A stretch of 64,000 nt of DNA from Lepidodermella squamata (taxonomy: Eukaryota; Animalia; Gastrotricha): positions 496,001-560,000 of the forward strand of contig JBLDXI010000048.1 of assembly GCA_047495785.1 (NCBI GenBank). The letters are read 5' to 3'. Below are positions 1 through 13,841 of this stretch, one piece after another (the first letter of the stretch is position 1; every line of letters starts with the position of its first letter). The notes under the pieces are model-generated. The model had not been told where the DNA came from, ran no database searches, and worked only from the letters and a program-made list of their open reading frames with translations. The translations under genes were made by a program, and so were the position numbers.

Positions 1-3000
1 TACCTAATCAAATGGCTCGGCTGGTCTCACCTGCATAACACCTGGGAAACCGAAGACGGGTTGTTCGATCAAGGTGTGGCTGGGTTGAAGAAACTCGAAA
101 ATTACAAGAAGAAGCTGAAGGAACAAGCCAGAGCTAAGCGGAAAGGCGGTCGTGATGAGGAGGAGTGGTATAATGTTCAGGATGAAATGGAGTCGCAACT
201 TCTGAGTGAATACTGCCAACTCGAGAGGATTATTGCTGAAAATGAAGATTCAGGTGATTTGTTGTGTAAATGGAAGTGTCTACCCTACAGTGAGTGTACC
301 TGGGAAGACTCGGCGCTGATAAAAAAGCGATTCACCCCTCTCCTCGAGCAATATCGGCACCTTCATACTAATCGAAAGGTGACGCTATGGCCGACTCCGA
401 AGGGCGCGGGTCCAAAGGTCAAAGCGGCGAGGCAAGGTTCGAGACGTGATAAAATGATACTCCAAAATCAGCCGGATTACATCGGTAGAATGGAGGCCAA
501 CGCCGACGGACCTGCCTTGCAATTACGGTCTTATCAACTGGCAGGTATCAACTTTTTGCATCGATCCTGGGTCTCGTCTCGCTCAGTCGTTTTAGCCGAT
601 GAAATGGGGTTGGGTAAAACTGTTGAAATCGCGACTTTCCTCTCAGTTCTCTACCATGAGCATAATATTACCGGACCGTTCTTGGTTGTTATCCCGCTGT
701 CAACTGTCGTCGGCTGGCAACGAGAATTTGCGATATGGTGCCCTGAAATGTATACCGTGACGTATTTGGGCGACGCTCAATCGCGCCAAATGATTCGCGA
801 GTACGAATGGTGGCACCCTGATCGGCGGCATTTGAAGTTCAACGTGTTGATAACCACGTACGAAATCGTTTTACGCGACAAGTCTTTCCTCGGCTCCGTT
901 GACTGGGCCGCGCTGGTCGTCGATGAAGCGCATCGGTTGAAAAACGACGATTCACTGCTGTATCGGACGCTGCAGCCGCCGAACTTTCCGACTGAGTACC
1001 GAATTTTGGTCACTGGCACGCCTTTGCAGAATACGCTGAAAGAACTTTGGGCGTTGTTGCATTTTGCGAATCCGGAACACTTCGATGACTGGTCGGCCTT
1101 TGAAGAACGGTGTACGGCAGCGCAACGGGGCGGAGCGGTTCCGCTTCAGGGCCTTCATCAAGAACTTGTGCCTTTCATTCTTAGGTAAGAAATTGTATTT
1201 TTTTAAATCGAAAATTTATTTTTTTATCGATTTTCTCAAAATGCTCATTTTTCCTATTGAATTATTCGATAGAACTATAAAATATGTTTGAAATATAGCC
1301 AGCGATTGAAAATTCTTGAATTTTGATCAAATAATTGCGTTTAATCCAATAATTCTTAATTTTTTGTATTTTTTTAGACGAACGAAGCGTGTTGTTGAAA
1401 AAGAGCTGCCAGCGAAAATCGAACGAATTTTGCGAGTTCCAATGACGCAACGCCAGAAGCAGATTTACCAATGGCTTTTGGCGAGAAATTACGCCGAACT
1501 GACGCGATCCGCGACAGCCGGTGGGACATTCAGCGGCAGTCTCATCAACGTTGTTATGGAGCTGAAAAAGTGCTGCAACCACTGCGATCTCATTATCAAG
1601 CCTGACATCGACTACACGGGCCAACAGGACGTGTTGGACCCGAGTTTGGGCGAAAACGAAGCGTTAATCACCCCGAGACTTGCCGCATTGCTAAGGTAGC
1701 TAGTTTTCTATCTATCCATATTCGAATATTTTCATATTTAGAAAACTTCGAAATTATGTTTTGAATAAAAAGTTGAAGAAATAGCATTTAATCCGAAACC
1801 AGATGTCCTTTTTCTCCTCCTGAATTCTCAGTGTTTAATCATTTATTGTTTATAAAGTAAGATTTTTTTCAAAATTGGCTGAAGTCATTGTTATAACAGA
1901 AGGGCCGAATTTCTTTGAATTATTGCTCAATTACTCATTTTTGGTTTTAAAAGGCTTCATTTCATTTACGAAAGCGAGTGCAATGTTTTGTGCGAAGTGA
2001 AATTTTTCCTGTATCAATTTTTGCTAATCTGATTTTTTGTCCATAATTAACGATTTTTTTGCCAAAGGGGTCCAGTTTAGGGTTCCGGCATTGAGTTTCC
2101 ACACATTTTCAGGTCTGATTCGAGGCCTCTATTTTTTCATTATAAACCGAATTTTAGCACATTAGTACGCTATCAGCGGACATTTAGGAATCTTACTTCA
2201 GCCAGCATAGCCCATATCGATTTTTTTAATAGATGATTTTCTCGATATCTATTAGCAGTCATGCAAGCCAATATTGAAAATTCATCCCCATACCTGGTTG
2301 CCAAAATTAAAGCTCAAAGCGGGCTTGAAAGACTTCAATAATGAATAATGAGTCGCAAATGCCCGAAATCAGAAACATTTGATGATACAGCGTTTAAATT
2401 TTGAGCTTAAACCTCATTTTCAGTCTCGCAACTTTTTATATGGCTTTTTTCTTCACTTTATTGATGAATAATTATTGATGTGCATCGAAAATCGTTATGC
2501 AAATTCTTTCATAGCAAGCTGATGTTGCGCTAAAATTGATAGCAATTGCTGCTTCGGAGAAAATTAAACTAATTTTTCAATGATATTATTTCAGGAGGTC
2601 CGGTAAATTGATGCTTCTCGACAAGCTGCTGCACCGGTTGAAAGCCGGGGGCCACCGCGTGCTCATATTCTCGCAAATGGTGCGGATGCTCGACGTGCTC
2701 GGCGACTATCTCCGCTGGCGCCGCTTTCCGTTCCAGCGCCTCGACGGCCAAACAAGCGCTGTCGCGCGGCGGCAATCGCTCGACCACTTCAACGCACCCG
2801 GTTCGACTGATTTCGCATTCCTGCTATCAACCCGAGCCGGCGGTTTAGGCCTCAATCTCTGCACGGCTGATACCGTGGTAATCTACGACTCGGACTGGAA
2901 CCCGCAGAACGATCTGCAGGCCGCGGCCAGGGCGCATCGTATCGGCCAAAAGAACCAGGTCTCAGTCTACCGCTTGGTGACGCAATTTTCGGTCGAAGAG

Positions 3001-6000
3001 CACATTTTGGAGCAGTGCAAGAAGAAAATGGTTCTCGATCATTTGGTCATTCAGCGAATGGACGCGTCGGGTCGGACCGTACTGGCCGGGGGTGGGCGGG
3101 GCGCAACAGGCGGCGCGTCGGCTTTCACCCACGAAGAACTTACCGCATTGCTCAAATTCGGAGCTGCTGAGTTGTTCCAGAAATCGGGCTCTGATAACCC
3201 TGATGAAAAATCGAATGATAACAATAATAACGGTGGGCCGGGCGACAATCCGGAGGGGGCGGAGCTTGTTGTTAACGTCGATGAAATTCTTCAGTCGGCC
3301 GAGGCTGAGTCCGCGTCTCAGGTCAACAATCAGAACCCGTTGATACCAGCCCACGAAGAGTTTTTAGCTCAATTCCGAGTGATAACCCTGCGTGAGTTGA
3401 ATCAGGACGACGAATTGGGTGATTTGGAGGCGAAAAAACCGTCGCCGGGCGAGGCGAACCAGGGCCCGGATTGGGAGGAAATCATGCCCGAGCACATTCG
3501 GCGGCGCGTCCTCGACGAGTATGACAGTAAATTCGCGCAGGATGACGCTGATTTGCACGATGCGATGGATGCTCAGGATACTTACAAATCAACTCGGGTG
3601 AGACTCATTTTCCATGCAATTTTCACATGTTTTCAAGAAAAATTCCTAAATAAAAACTTCTTTGAAAGGCGACCCGTGTTAGTTTTGATGATCAAATTAT
3701 TCGATTTTTCCTCGCGTTGGAAATTTGGAAATAATACACTATTTTTTTGGCGCAATGCAAATTTTGCAGCTCATCAGTGTTGCGCAACAATAATTCGCCT
3801 AATGATCTCACAATAAGCCTCATGTCTGCCACATTTTCGAGGGCTTCATAATTTTTCCATCATTCATCACAATTTCTGTTGACAAGTCAGCTTAAGTTGT
3901 CAAGTTCATTTTCCAGAAGTAAGAAACGAGCAAATTCCCGACTCGCCATTTAATTTAATGTAGATTCGATTGGTAAAATTTAAAACGGTTTTTATACGAA
4001 ATTTCCGACTTTATATTTGAATAATCTTCAGGGTTAATGCGTTCAGAATATTTGCGATTTGCGAAACCGACAACATTTCGACCCAAATATAGGGGGCACA
4101 TGAAACAACCCCATAAGTGGGATACTGCTGGGTAGCCTATTGAAGGAAATGCTAGAGATGTTCTATTTGACATTGCTGGGTTTCAAGTTTAAGTTGGAAA
4201 TTTCGGAAGTCCCTATTTCTCGTGCAAGTTTAGTGGTTCACGACTGCTGCTCTGTGATCAATACTGAAACAGCTAGCAATTTCGTATAGCCTTTCTTACA
4301 TACTTTACAATGGTATCTCACTAATCACGATTTTCCATTGGATTTTTCGATTTTTTGTATGGAACAAGGTCGATTCAAATTCAGACAATATTGAACAAGT
4401 TGAGCCGCATGAGGAGCCAGTAGTTGGCTGGATGCGTAGAAGTTCTTTTCCAATCAAAGCCGTCGGAACTGTAGTACCCTGTGTTGCTTATAGACGTCAA
4501 ATATAATACCTCAAAATTCGACCGGAACATAAAAATGGCCAAAAAATAACCCACTGAAGTAGCTGAAGGGCGCAATCTTAAATTATTTATAAATTTCTTA
4601 GTTGTTTTCACGTTGCTCCTTAGCTGAAGAGGTTTCAACTTTAACACTCGAAATAAATACTCGTTTTCATAGTCTCTTAAACGTAACTAAGCGCCGGCCA
4701 TCTGCCATTAACCTATTCTTATGCCTAGTTAATGTGATGGCAGACCACGTTTATATTCAATTAATCAAGTACACGAAAACAAACAATAAAGCGACACATG
4801 AGTACTCAAGTTTAAGAGCGCTCTTTATAGCAGCACGAAAAATTACTCGCGCTAAATTTCATTAAATATGACTAAAAACACCACATTTTTGTTTTAAAAT
4901 TGGGGTAATTATTAAAATGGCGTGATATTTTTTACTTCGCTGTTTGAAATTTGGGTAAAGTACCTACTTTTGAAAAATTCCTTAATTAATTCTAAAATAA
5001 TAACCCGAGAGATGAAAATAAAATGAAAATAATAGTTCCATTTCTATATTTAGGATAAAAAAGCGAAAGATGCTGGAAGTGGTGCGTCATCTGAGCGAGG
5101 TGATTCCGACGAAGAGGAAGAAGAGGAGGAGGAAGCGGACGATGAGAGCGAGGAGGAGAGCCGAAAACGCGGTCGACATCGCGGCGCCGGCTCTCGCTTC
5201 ATGGGCTTCACCTCGGCCGAGTTGAAACGGCTTGTCCGGGCGCTACACCACTTTCCCGACCCGATGAACCGATTGGATGCGATATCGAGTGAAGCGCGCC
5301 TCGAGGATAAGTCGTCTCGGGCCATCGGCGAAGTTTGCGGGCAGATTCTGAGGAATTGCCAGGAGGCGATTGAGAAGGCGGAAACTGAACCGCAGGCTGA
5401 CCTGAACCAAGCAGTTGTTATCAAATCTCATAAACAACAGTGCCATGTAAGTTTTCGTTTCGTATTCGCTTTTCGCTTTTATAGATCAAGAGCTCTGCGT
5501 GAAATGATCCGCGCAATTTAACTTGATAAAGCCGCTTGCCTTCCCTTTTTAGGGAAAATTCTATTTGGTCCTATTCTAGTCCGAGGTGGCTAGTTTTTCG
5601 AATTTCAAATAGATAAGTCTGTTTGAAATTCATGAGCAAAATAAAACGAATAGCTAATGTTCTTTTTTTACTTGTGGATTTTATATAAAGATAAAACCAC
5701 GATTTTAAAGCTCCAATATTACGAAATTTGGAAATATATTTGGCTTGGATCCAAGGCGATTTGTTTCAGGGATGCAATTGATTTTTTTTTCGGAAATTTC
5801 AGTATTCTTGGTTTTTCGAAGAGCCTGGACATTTCATCATATTTGGAACACGCCAATCGGCATCCTATCCATCTGTAGGATTTATAGAATTTTTAGAAAT
5901 TGATTGATTTTGAATAACAGATCCTAAAATCCTAAAATAGCAAGCATTTTCTTGTAATTTAAAAATTTATTAATTTGTAGTATTCTGTGCTAAATCGATT

Positions 6001-8623
6001 TCATCTGGAATTCTCAGTTCAATTGAAGTAATTGAAAAACTAACTACTTATTTTTTCGAAGATTTTCGGGTTTTTTTCAATTTGAAATATTTTCGAAATT
6101 TGTATGAAATAATATTACAATGTCATTATGAAATATACCCAATTTGTGTTACCTCTTTTCATTTTTTCCATTTTATTTCATTCAGGTAAAAGTCGGACCA
6201 ATCAGTATTAACGCGACGAAATTGCTCAATTCACTCAAAGCACTGCAACCCCTCGCCAGCATCGACAAACTTCTCGCGAAAATCGATGATCGAACGTTCA
6301 AAGCACCTCGCTGGGCGGCGAAAGCCGTTCTGAAATCGATCGGAGAGGACCAAACCACCGCCGCCCCGGCCGCCCCTGAATGGACCCCTGCCGATGACAG
6401 GGCGTTACTCCGCGGTGTGGCTGATTACGGCCTCGGCGCGTGGGAACAACTCAGAATGGACGCAGATCTCGGCCTGAAGAGTAAAATCTTGCCACCCCAC
6501 GGCGGCCGGCCAAATGCCAGGGATTTACACACCCGGTTCGATTTTTTGATGAATAAAATCGCGGCGGTTAAGACAGCGACCGGTGGTGATAAACCGGCGG
6601 CGAAACCTCGTAAATCTGCGCAAAATCAACCGCCCGGCTCGAATCAGTCGAATAAACTGAAAAGTGCGGAGAATAAAGCCTCGAAATCGTCGACAAAGGC
6701 GAAACAGCCGAGGACTAGCTCTGTCAATGACCGCAAAAACACCGTGTCGCGGAAATCTAGTTCGAAGGTCGTGAATAAAAACGAGAATTCGAACAGTGGC
6801 GACACCGCGTCGGGCGGGTCGAGTGATGAAATCGACCCGGAGGTGTATGAAAAATGCCGCTCGTTGTTGAAGCCGATGAAAAAGGCGTTGTTGCGCATTC
6901 AGGAGGCGGAGAAGAAGCGCGAGGCGTCGCGGCCGAAGCCGAACCGCGAGGAGGGTGAAATTACGAACTCGGACGAGAGCCGGCCCAACTCGGTTGAATT
7001 ATCGGCGGAATTTTCTGACGATCTCGTACAGGTGAGATTTATCTGATTTTTTCTATGAGCCGAATTCAACTTTGGTGGTAGAAATTCCTAGATAGATGCT
7101 TGATAAAGTAGTATCTCTTCAAATATTGGCAATTATGTTCCCGAAATATCGCTGTGATTTAGTTTTAAGCGATCAGTTCGAAAACTTTTCGAAAAATTCT
7201 CAGCCTTAATTCGAAAAATGCCATAATTCCCAAATTTTGTGATTCCTACAACACAAATTCCGACCTGTAAATTTTATGGAATAATTTTCGCAGAAATTCA
7301 TTTCTTCACTTTTTTATTTTTCATTTCTCGGCAATTTTCAAAGCGGTTTCGAATCAAAAGTGAACAACGATTTTGTCTGAATTTTTCAAATTTCCTGTAG
7401 TAGCTGCATCTCAACTTGATTATATTTGACATTTGACCGTCATGTGCATGCTTTTATCCACCTAGATAGCAAAATTGAAAAATTGAATTTCGGCCATAAC
7501 TGGGTCAAATCGCGTTCATTGTTCATCGATATCTGCGGAATTTTTTTTAGAAATTCCTCAACTTTATTTTTTTATTCATTCTATTTTTATGAAAGGTGGG
7601 TAACTACATCGGCCAGTGCACGCGAACGTTGGAAGACGAAGGCGAGGAGGACATCCGGAAATGGAAGAAGGAGCTGTGGCGGTTCGTCGCCATTTTCTCA
7701 ACCACCTCAGCCGGCCGTCTGTACAAAATGTACAAATCGGCAAAAACGCGAAAACACACGCCGCAACCGAAAAGCGCGCCCAACCCGTCGCCTCACCTCG
7801 CCTCGCCTCGAGCCGCAGTCGGACCACCCCGGCGCGATTCGAAACTGGCGGTGGCGAACAAGGACCCGCTGGCCTCAACTACCTCAACAAGCGCCTCGCG
7901 GTCGAATTCGAACGTGGCGCCAACTGCGACTGTTAATGCCCCTCATCATGCGAATAACAGCGGGAACAATAACAGCAGCAACAACCACTCGTCTTCAACA
8001 TCGTCGCATAATCACCATCACCCACCGCAGCCTCAGCAACAACAGCAGCAGCATTCCTCCTCGGGCCATCACCATCATCATCACCATCCACCGGCTGGAA
8101 GTAGTAGTGGTGGTGGGTCATCTTTCCAAAGCCCACTTGCCCTCGAATCTGACAGCAGCAGTAAAGGGTAAATCAATGTTTTTTTAAAGCTGTTTATATG
8201 TGTTGAAGAAATTATTAACATTTAATTTCAGAAATTTTTGCATTTTATTGAGAATTTTCGTTTTATCCTTTCAGATGGAATCAGCGGCCGACTACAATAA
8301 CTCATCGGCCAGCCCCGGTTAGCTCATCAGGCCATTCCGGCTCGTCGACTCGCGAAGAAGGTCGCAGTCGAGAAGGCCGCGAGAGCCGATGGTCGTCCGT
8401 TGCGCCTTCCAACCACAGCAATAATTCAAACTCATCCATGACTCGCGTGTCGATGTTGGACAGCTCGGATCGGGGCGATTCGGCCGCGTCTTCGTGGGGC
8501 CGGTCGCAGCACTCGTCTAGCAGCTATGGCAATAGCAGCAAACCGGCGAGTAATTCTGGCCAAGCTCTTTCCACATCGTCCAGCCGCGACAACCGGCCGC
8601 GTGATCCAAGGTATGCATTTTAA
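1..8623 (+). CDS. CHD1: Chromodomain-helicase-DNA-binding protein CHD1/CHD2 (5' end outside the window). Exons <1-1184, 1378-1695, 2595-3597, 5054-5446, 6186-7031, 7596-8167, 8275-8623
   Basis: Second chromodomain ([15 protein letters not shown]); SNF2 ATPase ([21 protein letters not shown]); helicase C ([34 protein letters not shown]); SANT ([13 protein letters not shown]) and SLIDE ([22 protein letters not shown]); CHD1 helical C-terminal domain ([13 protein letters not shown]). All introns are GT-AG with consistent phase. Confidence 0.93.
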
Positions 8624-9700
8624 TTTTCGCTATTTTATTTAAACGAAATTTCGATTTTTATACGCAGAGTTCCTCAGCCCAGTTTATCTTCCTCAAAACT
8701 CCAGTACGACCGCTCTTCAAAAGGTCTTCGGTGATTTGGATATTATTGAATAAATAAACAATTATAATTAATCTTAACTTGAAACCCGTGTCTTTTATCA
8801 TCATCATTGGCTGAACGACTAAAATTAAACACAGCTTATAAATATAATGAAAGGTGAAACATAAGATTGGTAATAATGATAATAATAAAAGCGATAGATA
8901 AATACCATCTTCCTCGAAAATCAGTTGTGAAAACAGTGGCAATTTTATCCTGGTTTTTTCCTCCTTAGTAGTTTTTGTTTTGGGTTTTTCTTCGGCTGAT
9001 ATTTCGCAAATAAACGTGCTCATTTTGTATTGATAAAAATAGGCCACTCAACGCCCGATGGATTTTTGATTGTTACGTAACACGCGTTGAATAAAATCTT
9101 GGTTTTTTCTGTTATTTTTGCGGACGCCCAACTGCTGCCCGAATTTTTTTTGAGAAAAATGATCAATAATTTAATGTGCATATCTTTCTTTCCTTCTGTC
9201 CTTGTTCTGTTGTTCAGCTACTAACATCGAAAACTTGAAATCATTCGTTTCCTTCAAACTGCTCTTGTGCAGCTGTTTCACTCAACTTTGCGGCACACAT
9301 CGATGCGTCTATATTATTATAATTCTTCTGTATGAAACGTGATGATACAATACTACAATTCACTATACATATCGCGTTTAACTTGTTTTCATATTCATAT
9401 TTTGATGCGTCTATATTGAAATGATAATACGTATCTGATACATTTCACTGCGGTAAATATATCTAAATATCTTTGAACTACGTGCACCAAACGTAGGCTT
9501 TAGAAGAAGAGAACAAATTTGAATAAAAATTCGGAAATTCAAAAAAGCGGAGCGTTTTATTCGAGTAAAATAATATTATGCATCGACCACATTCACAACT
9601 AAGCTCAAAGCTAAAATTTGATCGACGTAAACATTATCAAGTTTTAGGTATAGAAACCCATTCAGGCAACGAGTGGCAAAATATGCTAAGTTTCGAGAAG

Positions 9701-9937
9701 TCATTTGTTCCGTGAATATTCCAGTTCTTTCGGCTTATCCTTGCTCCTCAGAGCATAGTTGTTCGAGCTTGTCTTGACGCTGGATATATATTTCTTGAAG
9801 TTTGCTTCATTTGCGTCAAACTGGCGTTCCATTTCGCGGAATGCCTCATCGTGACTTTGCGAAAAAATGGGGCTGCTGCCCATGTCAAACGATGCAAACG
9901 CCAGTCCGCGCTCCAGTGGTTGAATTTCAGTTGACAT
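9701..9937 (-). CDS. Small orphan ORF (78 aa from ATG), unknown function
   Basis: Protein-like composition, a TTTTGTTTAG acceptor-like site about 25 nt upstream of the ATG, and a downstream AATAAA on the - strand near 9556. No recognised domain. Confidence 0.35.
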   Translation of the reverse strand: MSTEIQPLERGLAFASFDMGSSPIFSQSHDEAFREMERQFDANEANFKKYISSVKTSSNNYALRSKDKPKELEYSRNK

Positions 9938-11705
9938 TTTCAATATTAATTATTAGTGTAATCTAAACAAAAGAGTTGTGCGCTCACTCAACCTGCTACC
10001 GGTTATTGCAACTTCGAAAAGAGTAAAAAAAAAACAAAGATAAGTGTGAGCAGAACGACAAACAGAAATAAACTAAACTTGCAAACAATAAAACATGGCT
10101 AAAACATACAATTTTCACATTTTAGAAGTAAGAAGTTTGAAAGCAGCTTGCATATATTGATACAACTAGACAACAGATAACATATCCATTGTGAAAAATG
10201 ATCATTTACAGTGGGCCCGACTTTTTGCATCATAAGGCATGACAATGGCTTGTGATAACTGATTGCCAAGCGCCGTGGACAAATAGCGTACTCCGCTGTT
10301 GCTTAAATTCTGGCCCGGTTCTCGAAAATTCCTCGATCAGCTGATTTACCTGGAGACGCGTCTTGCGCAACGCAGGTCTTCACATGTAATAGTAGGTTAA
10401 TATTCAAAAATCTTTAAACAATTATAAAATGTACGTATAATAAGTATCTCATAATAATTTAAAAAATGCCGCGCAAAAGCAAAGGAGCAAGTTCGGCGGG
10501 TGGCTTACTGCCTCCTTCGCGTAACGGCCTTCGTCTCCAGCGTCAGCGACTCCGAGCACTTCACAACGCTCACCCTTCGACAACGACAACAATTTTGGCC
10601 TTTTGCAGTATCCATTATATTTGATCTCGGCTCAATGAGATCAGGTCACGGAATAAAGGCATTGCTAGACTTGTCACTATTCTCGTCTCCTCTAGCCTCT
10701 AGCAACATCTTCGGGATAAAGATGTTGCAATATGCCATGGCAAGCGGTGGCTTATGAGGAATGTTCTTTATCAAAAATAGCAATGTGACAGCGCGATTAA
10801 TCGTTGAGAGATTATAAGCAAACTCAAATATATGGCATTGCGCCTAATTTCATGATTGGACACGAATTCCTTGCGTTTGGGCTTTTCGATGAGATGTTCG
10901 ATGGCACGACCAGTCAGATATTCAGCTACCTGGCAGATATCGTTTTCTGAACTGAAATAACATGTCCGTCTTACTATAGTTTCTCTGGGCTTACATCAAC
11001 GAAGCCGCTTTATTGCTACAAGGACCCAATCCGTTAAGACGTGAGAAAGCCCTCGACGTCACGCCATCCATCGACGATTTCAACCTAATTTTCACCAATA
11101 AGTATGTCTTCTTTCTTCATGCTTGACGCGAAGATTGCTGCGCTTTCAGCCTGTCTTCTGTGTTATCACTTATTACTCAGAAATCAGAATATTGCCTTCA
11201 GTCAGCATCTCAAATTCCGATAGCTATCCGCAACGCTTTTAGCGATGAAACCCTGGTTGGATTGGACGAGTTTTGAGTCATAGATTCATTGTTTTCAGAG
11301 CTAGCCTTCTGGGGAGGCGTCCCTTCATAGAATGGAATCTTTCCATGCGTTGAGGATCTATCAGCTCATGGACAGCGGAAATTGTTGACCGGAGGACAGG
11401 TTTTCGCAAGGCCTTGATTTTAAGATTCTTCGTAACATCCGTATTCTTATGAGCTTTGCCACTGACACGGGATTGATGATGATTACGAAACTTGCTAATT
11501 GCAATATCTAATTCAGGCCCAATCAGTAAGGGAGATGTAAAGGGTGGTTTCAGTGCAAAACTTAGTTGAAATGAATGTCTCTGACTGAAAGACAAGTAAT
11601 CTCATTAGTGAAATTTTCATCGCTTTAGCTTTGAGCGTACGGCTAATTGAAAGGTCTATGTGAGTTACAACGAAAATCAAGCCGTTCCTACTTTTTAAAT
11701 TTTAG

Positions 11706-13131
11706 ATGGCTTACAGTAACTTGAATGAGTCAACTAGCGAACTACAAGCGCTGACCAACGAAGACGAGAACGATGCAACTATCGTATCGAATGACAGCCG
11801 GCGTTCCCGTCAGTTCAAGGCGTACAACGAACGCTGGTACATTCTCGTTGTCTTCTCCATTATCAACATCGCTCAAACCGGTGTTTACAACACTTTCGGC
11901 CCTATTGCCTCCACATCGGTGCTTGCCTTCAATTTGACGCAAACAGACGTCGCCCTTCTTCCGAATTGGGCCAATATTGTTTACTTCATTTCAATCGGCC
12001 CGTTTGTCTACCTTATCCAAAACAAAGGTCTAAGACTTTCCGTGGTGCTAACCGCAGCTTTTGTCTGGGCTGGAACTGCAGTAAGACTGCTGCATTTCGG
12101 AGATAATTACCGCGTTTTCTTGCATCTCGGTCAATTCTTGAACAGCATTGCTGGACCGGTTACATTTTTCGCATGCACAGCTGTTAGTTCGGTGTGGTTT
12201 CCAGTTTCGGAGCGGACTTTGGCCACAAGTATCTCGATGCTAACAGCCAATATTGGATCTGGGCTTTCATTTGTGATGGGACCTCTTATTGTAAATTGGT
12301 ACGATTAAATCTCATGAATATTTCGCAAATTATTGAATTTTTTTCAAATTTAGGTTTGCTACTGATTTGAAAGATGCGGGTGCAGTTCGACAAGGCATTG
12401 TATCTCTGTTAACAATTCAGTTCCTCTTCGCCTCATTCATCGTCATCATGACAATTTTTTCATTCCGATCGAAACCACCCACGCCGCCGTCGTTCACCGC
12501 AACCGCCGAGCGAACGTCAATAAAACCCGCGTTAATTTCGGTACTAACAAACCGAGACGCGTGGTTTCTAGTCCTCGTCTACTCGATTTCATCCGGCATG
12601 TGGGGCGGCTGGTTGGCGATCTTGTCCTGGGTAATTCGGTCGAGAGTCGATGAAATCGAAGCCGGTTGGCTTGGGCTAGCTTCTCAATTATCAGGTGCAA
12701 TTGGCGGTATCTTAATCTCAGCATTCGCGTCGAAATTTCAGTCAAAATCAAAACTTTTCGTTATAATCACGTATTTAATGTGCTGCATTTTGGTAACGTG
12801 GAACGTTGTTACCTTCAACTACGCGACTAATTACTACTCGCGATACGGCCTCTGGTTTTGCGTGATTGTTATTTCCGCGTTTTTAAACGCCGGCCAGCCG
12901 CTAATTTGGGAGTCGTGCTGTGAATTGGCATTCCCCGCGCCCGAGTCTGTCGTATCCGCGGTTTTATCCACTGGGAATTCGTTCGTTTCAGCTGTTTTGT
13001 TGATAATTGCCATGGCCCCATCGCTCGGCACCGAATGGATGGACTGGACCTTGGTTGTCACGTTTTGGCTATGCGTACCGATGATTTTGTTATACCGGCC
13101 TGTTCAACGGAGATCTGCGTTAGATCTGTAG
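11706..13131 (+). CDS. SLC49A4: MFS transporter, SLC49 family (SLC49A4/DIRC2-like). Exons 11706-12298, 12354-13131
   Basis: YNERWYIL...YNTFGPI, SSVWFPVSERTLATSI and KPPTPPS motifs of the FLVCR/DIRC2 family; many hydrophobic helices; a 55-nt GT-AG intron restores the frame (GPLIVNW|FATD). Confidence 0.85.
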
Positions 13132-13841
13132 CTATATATAGATGCCACTGAAAAATCGTTCTTTCCTATTTGCACTTGATATTTATATAAAATTAACAAA
13201 AGAAACGCTTTCTGGGCTGTGAAAAATCGTGTGGAATTTTATAACATTAACATTTTGAATGAGGTCTGAGCGTTTGTATAAGAAATGTGTCATAATATAA
13301 CCATAATAACAGTGATGACTTCCGCCAATATTTTGTAATTATTTAATAACTGGAGAAGAATCCGTTGAATTTTATTAAAACACTGAAATTTTACGTTCTA
13401 ATTTTTTTACATCGGGTGAAATATGGCCAGGGTGATTTTGAAGAATCAAGAAAATATATTGTAAATTTGTGTTAGTTCTGAATTTTCCAGCAAACCAAAG
13501 TCCACACTTAACAATTTTAAGGAATAAGTAATAGGCATGCCTAAGAACAATGAATAGTTTAGAAATCCAGCACCGAAGGCGAGAGTCAGGGTTAAATACA
13601 GCCATATTAAAAATCTTCTGAATTAGCCGGAGTGAAATAATTGTTTAAAATTTATTTTCAAATATAGAGTGAATTTGCCAAATTTTCGCAAAATTTCGAT
13701 CTTGAATCTATAGTAGCCAAAAATATGGCTGAGTGTATTGCATTTTGGTGATTTGGACCCAATTTTCCTCTTGAATTTCACCTTTCAAATAATCGTGCAA
13801 TATTTTCCACTATTTTAGGCACTCATTATTGAATTTACGAA

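Noticed and set aside
3598-3816. C-terminal extension of ORF 2608-3816, and similar tails on other ORFs
   Set aside because: Read-through into introns past clear GT donor sites.
7426-8187. 253-aa alternative-frame ORF
   Set aside because: Shadow of the GC-rich CHD1 exon 6; the other frame carries the conserved C-terminal domain.
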